Shown here: positions 48,641 to 60,720 of the stretch, piece after piece
How positions within the stretch are numbered: position 1 is the stretch's first letter
How the letters are laid out: the number at the start of each line of letters is the position of its first letter
NCBI GenBank assembly: GCA_028534125.1
Contig: CM052817.1
Span: forward strand, 102,922,001 to 102,986,000
Length of the DNA: 64,000 nucleotides
Direction of reading: 5' to 3'
Origin: Lama glama
Taxonomy: Eukaryota
Translations under genes and position numbers: made by a program
Notes under the pieces: generated by a model
Told to the model about the DNA's origin: nothing
The model's input: the letters and a program-made list of their open reading frames with translations, nothing else
The model's database searches: none

Positions 48641-50177
48641 GTTCCTCATTGTAAAAACGTTTTAAATTAATCTACAGTTCAAAATTATTTTTTAAAGAAT
48701 ATCTGGGTGAGTGAGAGAAGATATACTGAGAGTTGTCTGTATCTCCTATGATCAGGCATGGAAGCTGAAGAGAAATTAAGCAAGCTTTTAATGCTTAAAT
48801 ACAACTTAAAGTGGAGGATTTGGAGAGGAAGAAGGAAAAACTTTCATTTCCAATGAAACCATTCCAGAAAGACCTCTTTAAACCCCTGTTTTCTGATGCG
48901 GTTTGCTGAGTGAGTGAATGCATGTGCGTGAGTGCGTGTGCGTGGGTGTGTGCGTATGTGCTTGTGTTTATAGGCTGCTCAGTGAGCAACCAAGATTAAA
49001 CATTTGGCGCTGATCCATCCTGGGACATAAATTGAAACCTGGCGAGAAAACAAACTCCATTAGAGTACAGAGTCCAGCATGGTTTTATTCGCAGGGCCAG
49101 ACACAAGTCATGACGTCTTTCACATTAAAGAAAGATGGTGCACAGAAGCAAAAATCTGTAATTTAGACAACTGTTTACATTTAATTGAGAAACGTTCCAA
49201 AACTGTCCATGTGTGAAGGAAATCACTACTCAAGCAATATTTGTATAATACAAATAAATTAATGTCTAATAGAGATAATTCTATTTTAATTAATCTATTT
49301 TAATTCAGTGTAAATTTTTAAAAGGCCATCATTGGAGGCTGGATAGTATATAGGAAAGGAACCCAATGGGGTAAAACAAAAAGTACAGGATATTCTGAGT
49401 AGATAAGAGCTTGAGGTTGAAGTGATTCTCTGGAACTCCAGGCAGGAGCAGGGCAGGATAAAGGGCTGGAAATACTAAATATTAATACTAAGCCAGAAAC
49501 TGATTATAAATATATTTGTCAAAATTATTATATTTACAAAAAAAGAAAATTTTGGTATTTATTTTGACATTTTGATATTTATTTTACTTTATCAAATAAG
49601 AAAATGATGCCCATACTTTGCTGTGCTCCTAGCATTGTGTAATCCAGGGCAGCGCAGGTAAGGGGACTCTGAGGATCAGAATGTCCTGGAGGACTGCAGG
49701 CTCGCTGTTAGTGGCACAGACCTTATGTTACCCAGGAGTAGAGTTTGTCCGTAGATAGGATCTTGCTTCTATAAGATAAAGTGAGATGGAAGCTGTGAAT
49801 CGTTTGATTCTAACTGAGAAGGTGTTTGTTTGGTCATGGTTCACAATGGGGTGGATGGTATATGAGATGTGGAAGAGAATGTGTTTGTGTATTTAAGGAG
49901 TTCTGAGACTATTAAGATAAGTCAAGCCATAATTCAAAAAATACACTATAAATTCTTTCTATGTCCTCAATAATAACTTCCATTCTTAATATACTAGTTG
50001 TTTTGTGGTTTGGTTTGTTAAAATGAAGTTTAGTGAGCCTAAACAGAAGAATTTTCTTTCTTTAAAAAAAAATCACTTTACCTACTACATATCATACTTG
50101 AAAACACACAGAGGGAAGAAAAAGTGTTGTTAGTTTAATAGCATTTTCAATATGAATATTGTTACTATAATTGATTT

Positions 50178-50302
50178 GTTTTGGGAGAGGGGAGGTTATT
50201 AGGTTTATTTCTTTCTTTATGTTTAGAGGAGGTAATGGGGGTGAACCTAGGATCTCTTGCATGCTACGCATGCACTCCACCGCTCAAGATATTCTTTCCC
50301 CC
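50178..50302 (-). mobile_element. Vic-1-type SINE with target-site duplication
   Basis: ggaggttattaggtttattt...gaacctaggatctcttgcatgctacgcatgcactccacc. TSD ATAA(T/C)TGATTT at 50167-50177 and 50303-50313. Confidence 0.9.
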
Positions 50303-50780
50303 ATAACTGATTTTTAATTATAAACTTTTACACAAATAAAAAGAGAAGTTTGAGTTTTACCAGGAACTTTGATCCAAACATGATATTATATGTTTAGTTT
50401 TACTCAGAATGCTCCTAAACAGAAACTCTATAAGATTGCCTGGAAAACACTCAGCATCATTTGTCTGCTGTAGTGAGAAATCTGACACCCTCTTTCTGTC
50501 CTGGAGATAATTGAGTTTAGAATAAAAACGGCTCAGGACAGCTAGACTGTCAGCCTCCAGGAAGGCAGTGATGGAAGAGTTCTCAGTAACTCGCAAGGCG
50601 TTAACCTCCCGCTGAGCTGACTCCATAGTCAGAAATGAAGTCGATCTCAGGACAACATTGGCTGAATAGGTGCTATTTTGTTGTTCTTTTGGGGAGGAGG
50701 GGCAGGGAGGAGGGGCAGGGAGGAGACAAGATTCTGTGAAATGTCTTTTAGGAAAAGGAAACGATATAAATAGGATCTCA

Positions 50781-51155
50781 TTTTTTTTTAATTGATGTAT
50801 AGTCAGTTTACAACGTGTCAGTTTCTGGTGCACAGCATAATGTTTCAGTCATATGTACACATATGTATATTCATTTTCATATTCCTTTTCATTATAGGTC
50901 ACTACAAGATATGGAATATAGTTCCCTGTGCTACATAGTAGAAACCTTTTACATATAGTAGTTAGTATCTGCAAATCTCAAACTCCCAATTTTATCCCTT
51001 CCTACCCTCTTCCTCCCTGGTAACCATAAGATTGTTTGCTATGCCTGTGAGTCTGTTTCTGTTTTGTAGATGAGTTCATTAGTGTCTTCTTTTTTCTCTT
51101 TTAAAGTCCACATATGAGTGATATCATATGGTATTTTTCGTTCTTCTTTCTGGCT
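50781..51155 (-). mobile_element. Younger L1 3' end
   Basis: Poly-T, then attgatgtatagtcagtttacaacgtgtcagtttctggtgcacagc...ccacatatgagtgatatcatatggtattt. Confidence 0.93.
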
Positions 51156-51629
51156 GAATTTCTTTTTAGTGTTTCATGATCATAATTTTAAAAAGAATGG
51201 GCAGTAAGGCAGCAGAGGCCTGTGTGACTTGATTTATTTTATTTAAAAGGAGAGGTAAGAGCAGGCATCGGTTCTCATGCACTTTGCTTTTTTAGATTTG
51301 TTTTTGCTCTCCTTCCAGTGCCTCCACTGACTAGGTGTACGAATCCAGGGGTAAGGTTTCTAATTCACAAAGGAAGTGGGACCAGTGTCCCTTGGTGTCA
51401 GAATTGTCTGGAGAAATAGTCTAAGAATTTATTCAGCACAAAGTTAGCTGGATATTAGGCACTGATTTCCTAGTCCTAGAAAAAAATGAAATTACCTTAA
51501 AAATTGAGGTATACTTCTCCAGCCCAAATTTTCTAGATAACTCAATTTCCTGTCTTTTGAATGTGTTTTTCTCCCTGAGGAATAAAAAGTAAACATCAGT
51601 TTTTAGATTAAGCAGGCAAGAGGAAAAAG

Positions 51630-51860
51630 AACTTACCCTTGAGCACATCCTTCGTATACCAGGCATTGTGGTACATGCTCCCTGTATCTCACTTGATTTA
51701 ATTCTCAAAAAAGAAACCTATAAATATTATAATCTACATTTTATGGGTAAAAAAATTATAGAAACAGTTGTTTGTATAGTGTCACACGGTTAAATTCAGA
51801 AGGCTTCTTTCAGAATCCACCTGATGGATTTCAAAATTTCTCTCAACTGTGTCATATTGC
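51630..51860 (-). mobile_element. MIR SINE fragment
   Basis: ttgagcacatccttcgtataccaggcattgtggtacatgct...tctcacttgatttaattctca...cattttatggg. Confidence 0.7.
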
Positions 51861-52426
51861 ACAGACCTGAAGAAACAGCCATTTGCTGTTTATGGGCCAC
51901 CGTGAAATGACCTGCTATAGCTATGACTTAACAGAACGAGCACTCGGTATGTGAATAAGGTTTTCTGCATTCCCATGCTAGATGTGAGCTAAATTTGCAA
52001 CTTAAAATGATTTGATATTTTTGGCTAACTGGACATTTGAATAATGTTAATTTGATGAGAATGTCATTATTGCATTCTATAATATTGTTAGATGAACAAA
52101 CAGAACTGAAATGTCACCACAATGCTATTTTTTTATAATTGCTTATTTCTGCCACTGACTTCATTGTATACATTAAAAATCAGATTCCTCCAAGGCTATT
52201 CTTTTTTTGCTTATACTTTTTGTGTTTTTTCTCTTTATTGAATGCAATGCAATCACAGCTACTGCTAATACATTGTTTTGCCAACTCTTTCCAGAATCTA
52301 ACCTCAAAGGGTCTATCAGGTCACTCTTAAGTGACCCATTAAACGTTCCATAACATACAAATATACTAAGAAAGCAATGTTCTCACTAAGAGTGATTCTG
52401 TCACCAATTATTTAAATAGCTGCTTT

Positions 52427-52926
52427 NNNNNNNNNNNNNNNNNNNNNNNNNNNNNNNNNNNNNNNNNNNNNNNNNNNNNNNNNNNNNNNNNNNNNNNNNN
52501 NNNNNNNNNNNNNNNNNNNNNNNNNNNNNNNNNNNNNNNNNNNNNNNNNNNNNNNNNNNNNNNNNNNNNNNNNNNNNNNNNNNNNNNNNNNNNNNNNNNN
52601 NNNNNNNNNNNNNNNNNNNNNNNNNNNNNNNNNNNNNNNNNNNNNNNNNNNNNNNNNNNNNNNNNNNNNNNNNNNNNNNNNNNNNNNNNNNNNNNNNNNN
52701 NNNNNNNNNNNNNNNNNNNNNNNNNNNNNNNNNNNNNNNNNNNNNNNNNNNNNNNNNNNNNNNNNNNNNNNNNNNNNNNNNNNNNNNNNNNNNNNNNNNN
52801 NNNNNNNNNNNNNNNNNNNNNNNNNNNNNNNNNNNNNNNNNNNNNNNNNNNNNNNNNNNNNNNNNNNNNNNNNNNNNNNNNNNNNNNNNNNNNNNNNNNN
52901 NNNNNNNNNNNNNNNNNNNNNNNNNN
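52427..52926. other. Assembly gap (500 N)
   Basis: Run of exactly 500 N. Confidence 1.
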
Positions 52927-53494
52927 CTCCCCTCCCTTCACCCCATGGCCATCCTACAGCAAATGAAGACATATAGAACAAACATCTTCAATGGAATGCA
53001 ACTCTGGTTTGCCAAGCGGATGAATCAAACATCAACAGTGATTATTTTTGCCATGTATCCCAGCAGGAACTCTAGGCAGCAATAATCAAAGCTAAGCTTC
53101 CATGATTGGGGGAGTGTGTTTTCCTGCCCTCTACTGACAAAAACCCTCGTTATGACTCATCTCCCAGCTCCCAGTTATCTTTCCACCTCAGAGCACCCTT
53201 ACAGGTGTACAGTGCCTCTGTACCCCCAGGTTTAGCCCTGACTCTCAGGTAAAGCTTAGGGATTTACTAGGTGAAAAAGATCTCGCTATTTAAATGGAAG
53301 AGACGTTGGGAAAGAACTAAGCTTAACTATAGAATCATGTCAGGAAGTCAGTGCAAGAGAAAGACCGGGAGGGGCCAGCAAAGGAAAGGGAGACTCTGGA
53401 GGTTGCAGAGGTTAAGAATCACCATTTAAAAGAAAGCTCTGGCATTAATCTAACCGATGAGCAGGTGAACTGGAAAGCGACCGAAAATGGAAGC

Positions 53495-53650
53495 TGCATT
53501 TCTTACTCTCCATGCCTCAGTTTTCTCATCTTTAAAATGGTATCCTCATGAGAGGGTTGTTATTAAAATCCAGTAAACTAATGCAAAGCAGTTAGCATTA
53601 CACTTATTAAGTCATCCAGAAATATAAATTGTTATTATTAATGTGATGAT
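53495..53650 (+). mobile_element. MIR SINE 3' half
   Basis: ctccatgcctcagttttctcatctttaaaatgg...cctcatgagagggttgtt. Confidence 0.75.
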
Positions 53651-54628
53651 AATAAAGGATGGGTGATTATTTCATGAGCAATTTAAGGAAAAACAGTTAT
53701 TGTGGACAAGCGGCAGAATGTGGAAATAAGGAGTGTAATCATCTTAAACCACAGAAGACAAACAATTTGGGGTGAATCCTAATTTTGATAATGAAACAGA
53801 AAAAGTCTTCACAGATATAGCAAAGGATAAAGTTGCTTTGATATAGAGAAGTGAAAAATGGGAATTAGAAACAAATCTAACAATCTAATATTTTTAAGCT
53901 GAGAATTTAAAAATAAACTTTAAAAGAAATCTAAGCAAGTGTCAGAGCAACTAAAGAAAAATAAATATGGAGGTAAATGCCAAACAAAGAGAACAGGGAA
54001 ATCCTGGAAACTTCTACTAGCCTGCGTAACTTCCTTCCCAGGGTTATACTCATGGAAGACATATTAGAAAAACAATTTGTAAACAGCCTGATATAGTCCA
54101 AATCTGACTGATCACGGATGGCATTTTTAAAGCCAGGTCATCCCTGTCCTCACCAGAGATACCAGTATCACTATGTGAGAAATTTCCAATGGCTGTGGGG
54201 AGAGAATTCTCTGGCAGAATCAGCTGGCTGCCTTCCATGACAGCATATCCTCTCCAGACTGAATAAAAAATTTTTTTTTCATTTCAATGAACTGAAAGCG
54301 AGTTTCGTTATGAGTTGGAGCTCTAATGCACAGTAAATAGTCAGTTATTAATCAGATTTTGTTTTTCATGCGCTTTAGAAGTCTACTGAAAAAAGTGGGC
54401 AAGAAATACATACACAGAACGGAGCAGAAGCATCTTAGAACGCAGTGTGTGTTGAGGGCTGTCTAGGCACATATATACATATTTATCATAGTAGTAGTTG
54501 TTTTGGTGCTTTTGAAAAGAAAAATGGAAAGTTGGAGAAGAGGCTGAGAATAAATTGGGGAAATTAGGATTGAGAGTAAGTGCTATCCCGTATCCACAGA
54601 TATGAATCATTGTGAGAAGTGAGCTGTT

Positions 54629-55042
54629 TCTTTTTTTTTTACAATTTTTCTCCAGTTTTATTAAGATACAGTTGACACACAGTACTGTGAGAGTTTAAAG
54701 TAGACAGCAAAATGACTTGACTTCCACATATAATGAATGATAACCACAATAAGTTTAGTTAACATCCATCATCTCATCAATAGCAAAAAAAGGGGAAATT
54801 GTTTTTATCCTTGTGATGAGAACTCAGAAGCTACTCTAAACAGTTTCCAAGTATATGGCAGTGTTAGCTGTAGTCATCATGCCGTGTGCGACACCCCGAT
54901 CCTCACTCATAACAGAAAGTGTGTGTGTTCTGACCACCTTCTGATCACCTTCATCCAATCAGTTCTCCACTCCCCAACCCCTGCCTCTGGTAACCACATA
55001 TCTGATTTTTTTTTCCCCAGTGACTCTGGGCTTTTTTAATTC
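54629..55042 (-). mobile_element. L1 3' UTR insertion with 16-bp TSD
   Basis: Same family as the copies at 6208 and 31711. TSD TGAGAA(G/A)TGAGCTGTT at 54613-54628 and 55043-55058, with poly-T next to the left copy. Confidence 0.92.
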
Positions 55043-55942
55043 TGAGAAATGAGCTGTTGATGGAGTTCAGGTAGCCTTTCTACCTTCTACTGAAAGATGG
55101 CTTACAGATGAGACTGAGTAGAAAGGTGAGTCTTAGTCCGTATCTTTATGAAGTCCTGGTGTGCTGAAAGGCCCTGGATGCCATCTAGGATGTTATTTTA
55201 AATATTGCACACTTTCTAGATGGGTTTAGTTACTGAATTTGTAGACACCAGTGTGTTCAGCTCATGGCTGGTTGGATTCTGTGTTGTTTGATGACTGGGA
55301 TTTCTCAATTTGTTATTTTCCAATGTAGAAATTATTCTTTTATCCTGATGGAACACCCTATAATTTGTGTATTTTTCTATTCCATTCTTGTGAAATAAGT
55401 AACAAATGCTCTCCATGCAATTATGTTTTTCTTACAAGGAAAAGGAATCATGATATTAGGAAAGAAATCCCTCTCATTTAGGGAATGATAGGAAAATGTC
55501 GCTTGTGTACGTGTGCATTTTCTTTGAGGAGATTAAAAACATTAGCATATGAAATACTGCCTCATCCAATCCTGAATGTGTATGGAAGCCTAAGCAAAGT
55601 CTTTCATTTATTAACATGCCTGTTACCATTCTCTGTATTTACCCCCCAAAATTGTTAAATCTATGTACGCTCATCACAGAATCCACTGGAACCCTGAGCT
55701 AAGCTGTACAGGGGTCTTGAATACATGTCATGAGACACTAAAACAGTTCAGAGGGTCAGACAAACAGATTCAGGAAGTTTAGTGGTACCTAAAAGGTTTC
55801 CTCTCCTCCTTTTCCCTTCGTGCACTATGCTTATTCCCACACATAGAGCATCTGCAGAAGAAAAGCTAGCAGTTTATAGAAACTTCAGCTACTTTGGAAA
55901 ATACTTAAACATTGTAATCATTCTACTTTAAAAAATATTCTC

Positions 55943-56250
55943 CAAACAAACAAAAACAAAGCATAAATACAGGACAGAAATAGACTTACAGACAGAGAAT
56001 ACAAACTTGTGGTTACCAGGGGGGTGGAGGGTGGGAAGGGATAGACTGGGATTTCAAAATTGTAGAATAGATAAACAAGATTACAGTGTATAGCACAGGG
56101 AAATATACACAGAATATTATGATAACTCACAGAGAAAAAAATGTGACAATGAGTGTGTATATGTCCATGAATGACTGAAAAATGGTGCTTAACACTGGAA
56201 TTTGACACAACATTGTAAAGTGATTATAAATCAATAAAAAATGATAAAAA
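55943..56250 (+). mobile_element. Younger 5'-truncated L1 3' UTR with tail
   Basis: cagacagagaatacaaacttgtggttaccagggg...gacacaacattgtaaagtgattataaatcaataaaaa. Imperfect TSD AAAAAA(T)ATTCTC at a TTT|AAAA site. Confidence 0.92.
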
Positions 56251-59200
56251 AAATTCTCTAGAAGCATGAGTCTTTTACTCCGGTGTTACAGACACAGAAT
56301 ATCTCTAACAGGTACTTGTTACTTGGCTTTTTTATATTTAGAATAGTTTTCTACTGTGGATAGAATTCAAACGAATGGCTCACATACTAGCAAACTGGTA
56401 GGCTGGAGAGGGCAGATATAATGTAACTAAAAATTAATTATTTAGAACAACTTAATGAAAAGATGAAGGGACGTGAAGAAATGAAGGCAAGTTGGCCTAT
56501 GAGTAATGGGATAGAACCAGAGTGAAGGACTTGGGAGTACTAATGAAACATGAAGGGATGTTTCTCTAGGTGCTGCTAGAGGAATCAGAAGGACCTAGTT
56601 TTACTTAAATCTAGCTAAAAAAGTAAGTAGCATCTTAATAAAGTCACAAATAATACTGAATTAAGAGGTGTTGAAAACCCCCAAGGTTTGCAGCTTTCTT
56701 TCCTCTCCAACTCATGATGCAGACAGGTTAAATGGGCTGTTTTCATAATTCATATTTGACTAACCTAAATTCTAAAAACTGAGAAACATTTTATTGCCAC
56801 AGAAGTTTTCAATTCTGTAGATTTCCTTTCCCCAAGGATTCACCCCAAGTTATGTGGAACTAATCAAATCAGGAGACTCTGATAAGCACCTTGGAAAAGG
56901 AACAGAAATCAAAGCAAAGGAAGTTACAAAGATTTATCTAAATTAAACCAAATATAGACAGAAATTGTGATCCATTCAGAAAGATACATATTAAACTTAA
57001 ATTATGTCTAAATAACTGTCTAGTAAAGGCGCTTTTACTAGTTGCTTATTAGGCTAAGCTTAACTTCACGCAAGACATTAACAAGGTAGTCAACGTGAGC
57101 TACAACACAAAAACAGTGAGAGCAGATTACAGTGAAGACCTCTCAGGGTGAGTAATCACGTGTTTCGATAGGTGAAGCGGGGTGTTTATCCCCATTCTTA
57201 GCTGAATCACATTCCCAAAAGCCAAAAGAAACTGCATGTCATCTGAGAGACTCGAAAGTGTTTCACAAGGAAATCTCCTTCACGAACTCGATGCCCCTCA
57301 AACCTAAAAGATTTGTTATCACACACAGCATTGTTGTAAAGCCAAGATGAGCTCAATCAGAATGATGCCCAATACGTTTTAAGTATCCCACTTACTTGTG
57401 TCTGTTTCATCGAAATCTAGTGATGCTTATTCTACTAAATCAATACATTTAGCAGAGAAGTCGCATCTCAAACAAATATTGGGAAAAAATACGTATTTTG
57501 AAACAAAGACATTTCATTATTTCCCCAATGCTCACAACCAATACAGCATTTTTATTATTGGTAATATTTTCGCTTCCTGAAGACAAGCTTTGCCATATGG
57601 ACAAACAAAGAAGTATGGTCAAAGCACAATCATCTAAACACCTTCACATTCCTGACTGGTTTACCATCACCTAAGCCATTTCCAGGCTTATGGAATAATA
57701 GGTTTCCATCCTTGAGTTTGTGAGAATTTTCACTAAACCATAAAATAAGTTAATCCCCCACCAAAACTTAGAAACTTTAGTACAGAAGCCCAAGACGTAT
57801 TGAAGAAAAGCATTCTTTAAATTGTTGGCAGATTCAGTCACTGGTAACGCTGAAAAACAGTCAGCTTCTATTCCCTCCTGCACACGGCTTTGCTCTCTGA
57901 GTCCCACTCATTCATGCTGTCCCTGGTTCCTAGAAACTTTCAATCTCCCAGCAGCTTTTCTGATCACTTCACCCTCTTCAAAATGAACCAAATTTGTCCC
58001 CCATTTCTCTAGGATCTGCTCTCTACATTTCCAGGAGTTAACTAGTTAATTCACTAAGCAAATCTGTAATAAACAGACACATTTGTATGTGTATAGTAGC
58101 TTCGGTAGGCAATGTTTCAACCCAAAAGGATGGCACTTGAAGACAGGACTCGGGGTTATGAACTGATCTGTCAAAACCTTTCCAATTTTAACGTTTAGCC
58201 CATCCAGCAAATCCTAAAGCAAAATACCACTGAGACATAGTAGAGGTAAGTTTCATTCCTACCACATGCTCTAACAGAATCACTGCCAGGTACTCAGGTG
58301 GATTTCATGTGATAGATGCTTATGCAGGGAGTTATTTCACTGGATACTTGAAAAAAAAAAAACTTTCTTGTTTAAAAGGTTGAATCCCTATTACTTTGTA
58401 ACATGTGGCAGATTTGCTTCCCTGTCTCTCTCTCTTCGCCTCTCCATCCCCCCAGTCTCTGCCAGCATTGGCACCCTGGCTATTTTCAAGCTGCTTTACA
58501 TAATTGGTCTCTGAGTACATGAAGCTGCCACCTGTTCACAAATATACAAATCATTCTCCTCTGCAAGGATGACTTAACCAAGTCATGACAGAATAATGAG
58601 CCCAGACAGCAGTTTCACATCTGTATAAACAAGATTCACCTCCTACACTCAGTCTGATAATTTCTCATAATAGAACAAGGATTATATTTAAATGAAAACA
58701 ATGTAATTATTATCTTGATCTTATTTTGATTTTAAGTAATTCTTCCACTTTACCCTTTCCATTTCTTTTTCACTCTACACACTTAACCTCACTTTCTCTG
58801 AGAATGTGCTGTGTCTAGATTATCCAATCGAAAGCAAACATGGTTTTCCTCAAAGACATCCCCTAGTACAGAATCAAGTATTCAGAATATCACATTTCTG
58901 GACTTTAGTTCTTCACCTTGCCTAGCTCAAAGAATACAGAGCTCACAAAAAAAGTACTTTTACTCCTTTTTAATATATTGGAGTCATCTAAAGGTTTTGA
59001 ACAACAGGAATAATCACCATTAGTACATAGCTGGAAATATACTGTGTCTTTTCATTAGTGCTTTAGAAGATTTAAAAGGATTAACTGTCATTATACTATG
59101 CAGCCAGATTAACTGGCCAAAGAAAATCTCATAGCTGCAAGGCTATTTCCATCCATGGTCTTGGTTGACACTGTCTTCTGTAAAAGAGCATCTGAAGAAA

Positions 59201-59829
59201 ATTTACAGAGTTTCCTCAGATTGAAGACATGCTTGCATATGTAACTTTTACTTTAAATGATTTAAGAACTAATTCAACCAGATCGAGTTATGCCAAGATA
59301 TCACCATATTTTCTATTAGAAACATTTCCAGTGCTACTTGTAAGATATATATTAGGAAAGGGTGGAATTTAATATGATGGTGAAGTTGATACATCGAGAA
59401 ATTACAGATATCTGACAAAAATATACATAATATTCATATTTCCATGTCTCCTAACATCATCCTAATTCTTGGTTCCTAAAATGAGGAAGGACAATATTTT
59501 CATTCAAAATCTCAAAAATTCAGAGGAATTGTCTTTTAACCATATCTGATTAGCAAGTGACAATTGGTTTTCTACCTCCCCCCATAGCCAACTTTTCATA
59601 ATATGACTGTCATATTTTTACAACATAGGATCTATGAAAAAACATGTATGTATCATATTTATAAATATGTAGTGCATAAGTTAGTTCATGTCTCTAATCT
59701 AGATATTTCATCGTCTAAAAGATATTCTGCTTATAAATCTTCAAAGTTTTAAAATTGGAAGGAGGCTATGAGGTCATATAATCTAAACCTTTCACTTTAG
59801 AGATAAGGAAATTGAAATCCTATAAGAAC

Positions 59830-59958
59830 CATAAATCCAGAGAGTGGGGGTCCATAAGACGGAATCACGTCTGTTTTGTTCATTCTTGTATCCATAGTGC
59901 TTTACAAAGTGGCAGGCAGGGACTAGATGTATATTTGTTAGATGGATGTTTGAGTGAA
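59830..59958 (+). mobile_element. L2 3' end
   Basis: ccataagacggaatcacgtctgttttgttcattcttgtatccatagtgc...tatttgttagatggatg. Confidence 0.8.
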
Positions 59959-59982
59959 AACTAAGACAAGAAAACCAGGACT

Positions 59983-60113
59983 GGGGGAGGGTATAGTTCA
60001 GTGGTAGAGACCGGGCTTAGCATGTACGAGGTCCTGGGTTCAAACCCCAGTCCCTCCATTAAAAAAGTAATAAATAAATAAACCTAATCACCCCCCCTTC
60101 CCCCTCAAAAAAA
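59983..60113 (+). mobile_element. Vic-1-type tRNA-Ala(AGC)-derived SINE
   Basis: GGGGGAGGGTATAGTTCAGTGGTAGAG...GCTTAGCATGTACGAGGTCCTGGGTTCAAACCCCAGTCCCTCCA with Pol III A and B boxes, followed by AAATAAATAAACCTAATCACCCCC and an A tail. Confidence 0.93.
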
Positions 60114-60184
60114 CCCCTGAGACTGCTCTATATAGCTTTAGCATTTAGATCTTCATAAGCAACATCTATCTGGTCTTTAGCAGA

Positions 60185-60720
60185 TTCAGTTCAATAATTA
60201 GTAAGTACTTTTTATCATGGAGTATGCAAAGTAATTTGGAGAAAAAAATTTGTTAAGATGAAGGATATAGCTTTTGCCTTTATGTAACTAGTTATGTATA
60301 GTTTACATGAATATCATTACAATAAGGTATTTGTTAAAAGATAGTTACGAAAAACTGAGAAGGGAGAAATTATTTCTCACTGGTGGTGGTACCTGGAAAG
60401 TCTTCATGAATGAAGAGGTATTTGGCCTCGACCTTGAAAAATTGCTCGAAAATCAATTGACAGAACAATTAGAAAGGCTCCAAGAATGTTCTAGGAAGAA
60501 TAAATTTGAACAAAAACACAAAGGCAAGAAAAGCATGATTTGTTACAGTAATAATGGGTGGTTGGCTAAGGAGCAGTACATGAAAGTAGTTAGAAATAAA
60601 CCTGGAAGAGACAGGCAGAAGCCGGGCTGTGAAGGGCTTTGAATGTCTGCACTTACCAGGCAGGCAGGGGGCAAGGAAGGCTCCCACCAAGGAGTCACAT
60701 ACTGAAGAGCTATTAATGCT
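60185..60720 (-). mobile_element. L2 LINE fragment
   Basis: attcagttcaataattagtaagtactt...ggaaagtcttcatgaatgaagaggtatttggcctcgaccttgaa...gaagggctttgaatgtc. Confidence 0.75.

Noticed and set aside
52408..52981. 177-aa and 189-aa ORFs
   Set aside because: Artefacts of translating the N gap.
34788..56208. ORFs at 34788, 34972, 39176, 40290, 40349, 50092, 50357, 54737 and 55918
   Set aside because: They overlap L1 3' UTRs or SINEs and are chance open frames.
57020..57041. 22-bp imperfect palindrome CTAGTAAAGGCGCTTTTACTAG (similar ones at 1312-1323 and 23260-23280)
   Set aside because: Too short for a pre-miRNA or MITE and not extendable; compatible with chance in 64 kb.
59985..60058. tRNA-Ala gene
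   Set aside because: The stems carry mismatches and the sequence continues into a SINE body and A tail shared with four other copies.
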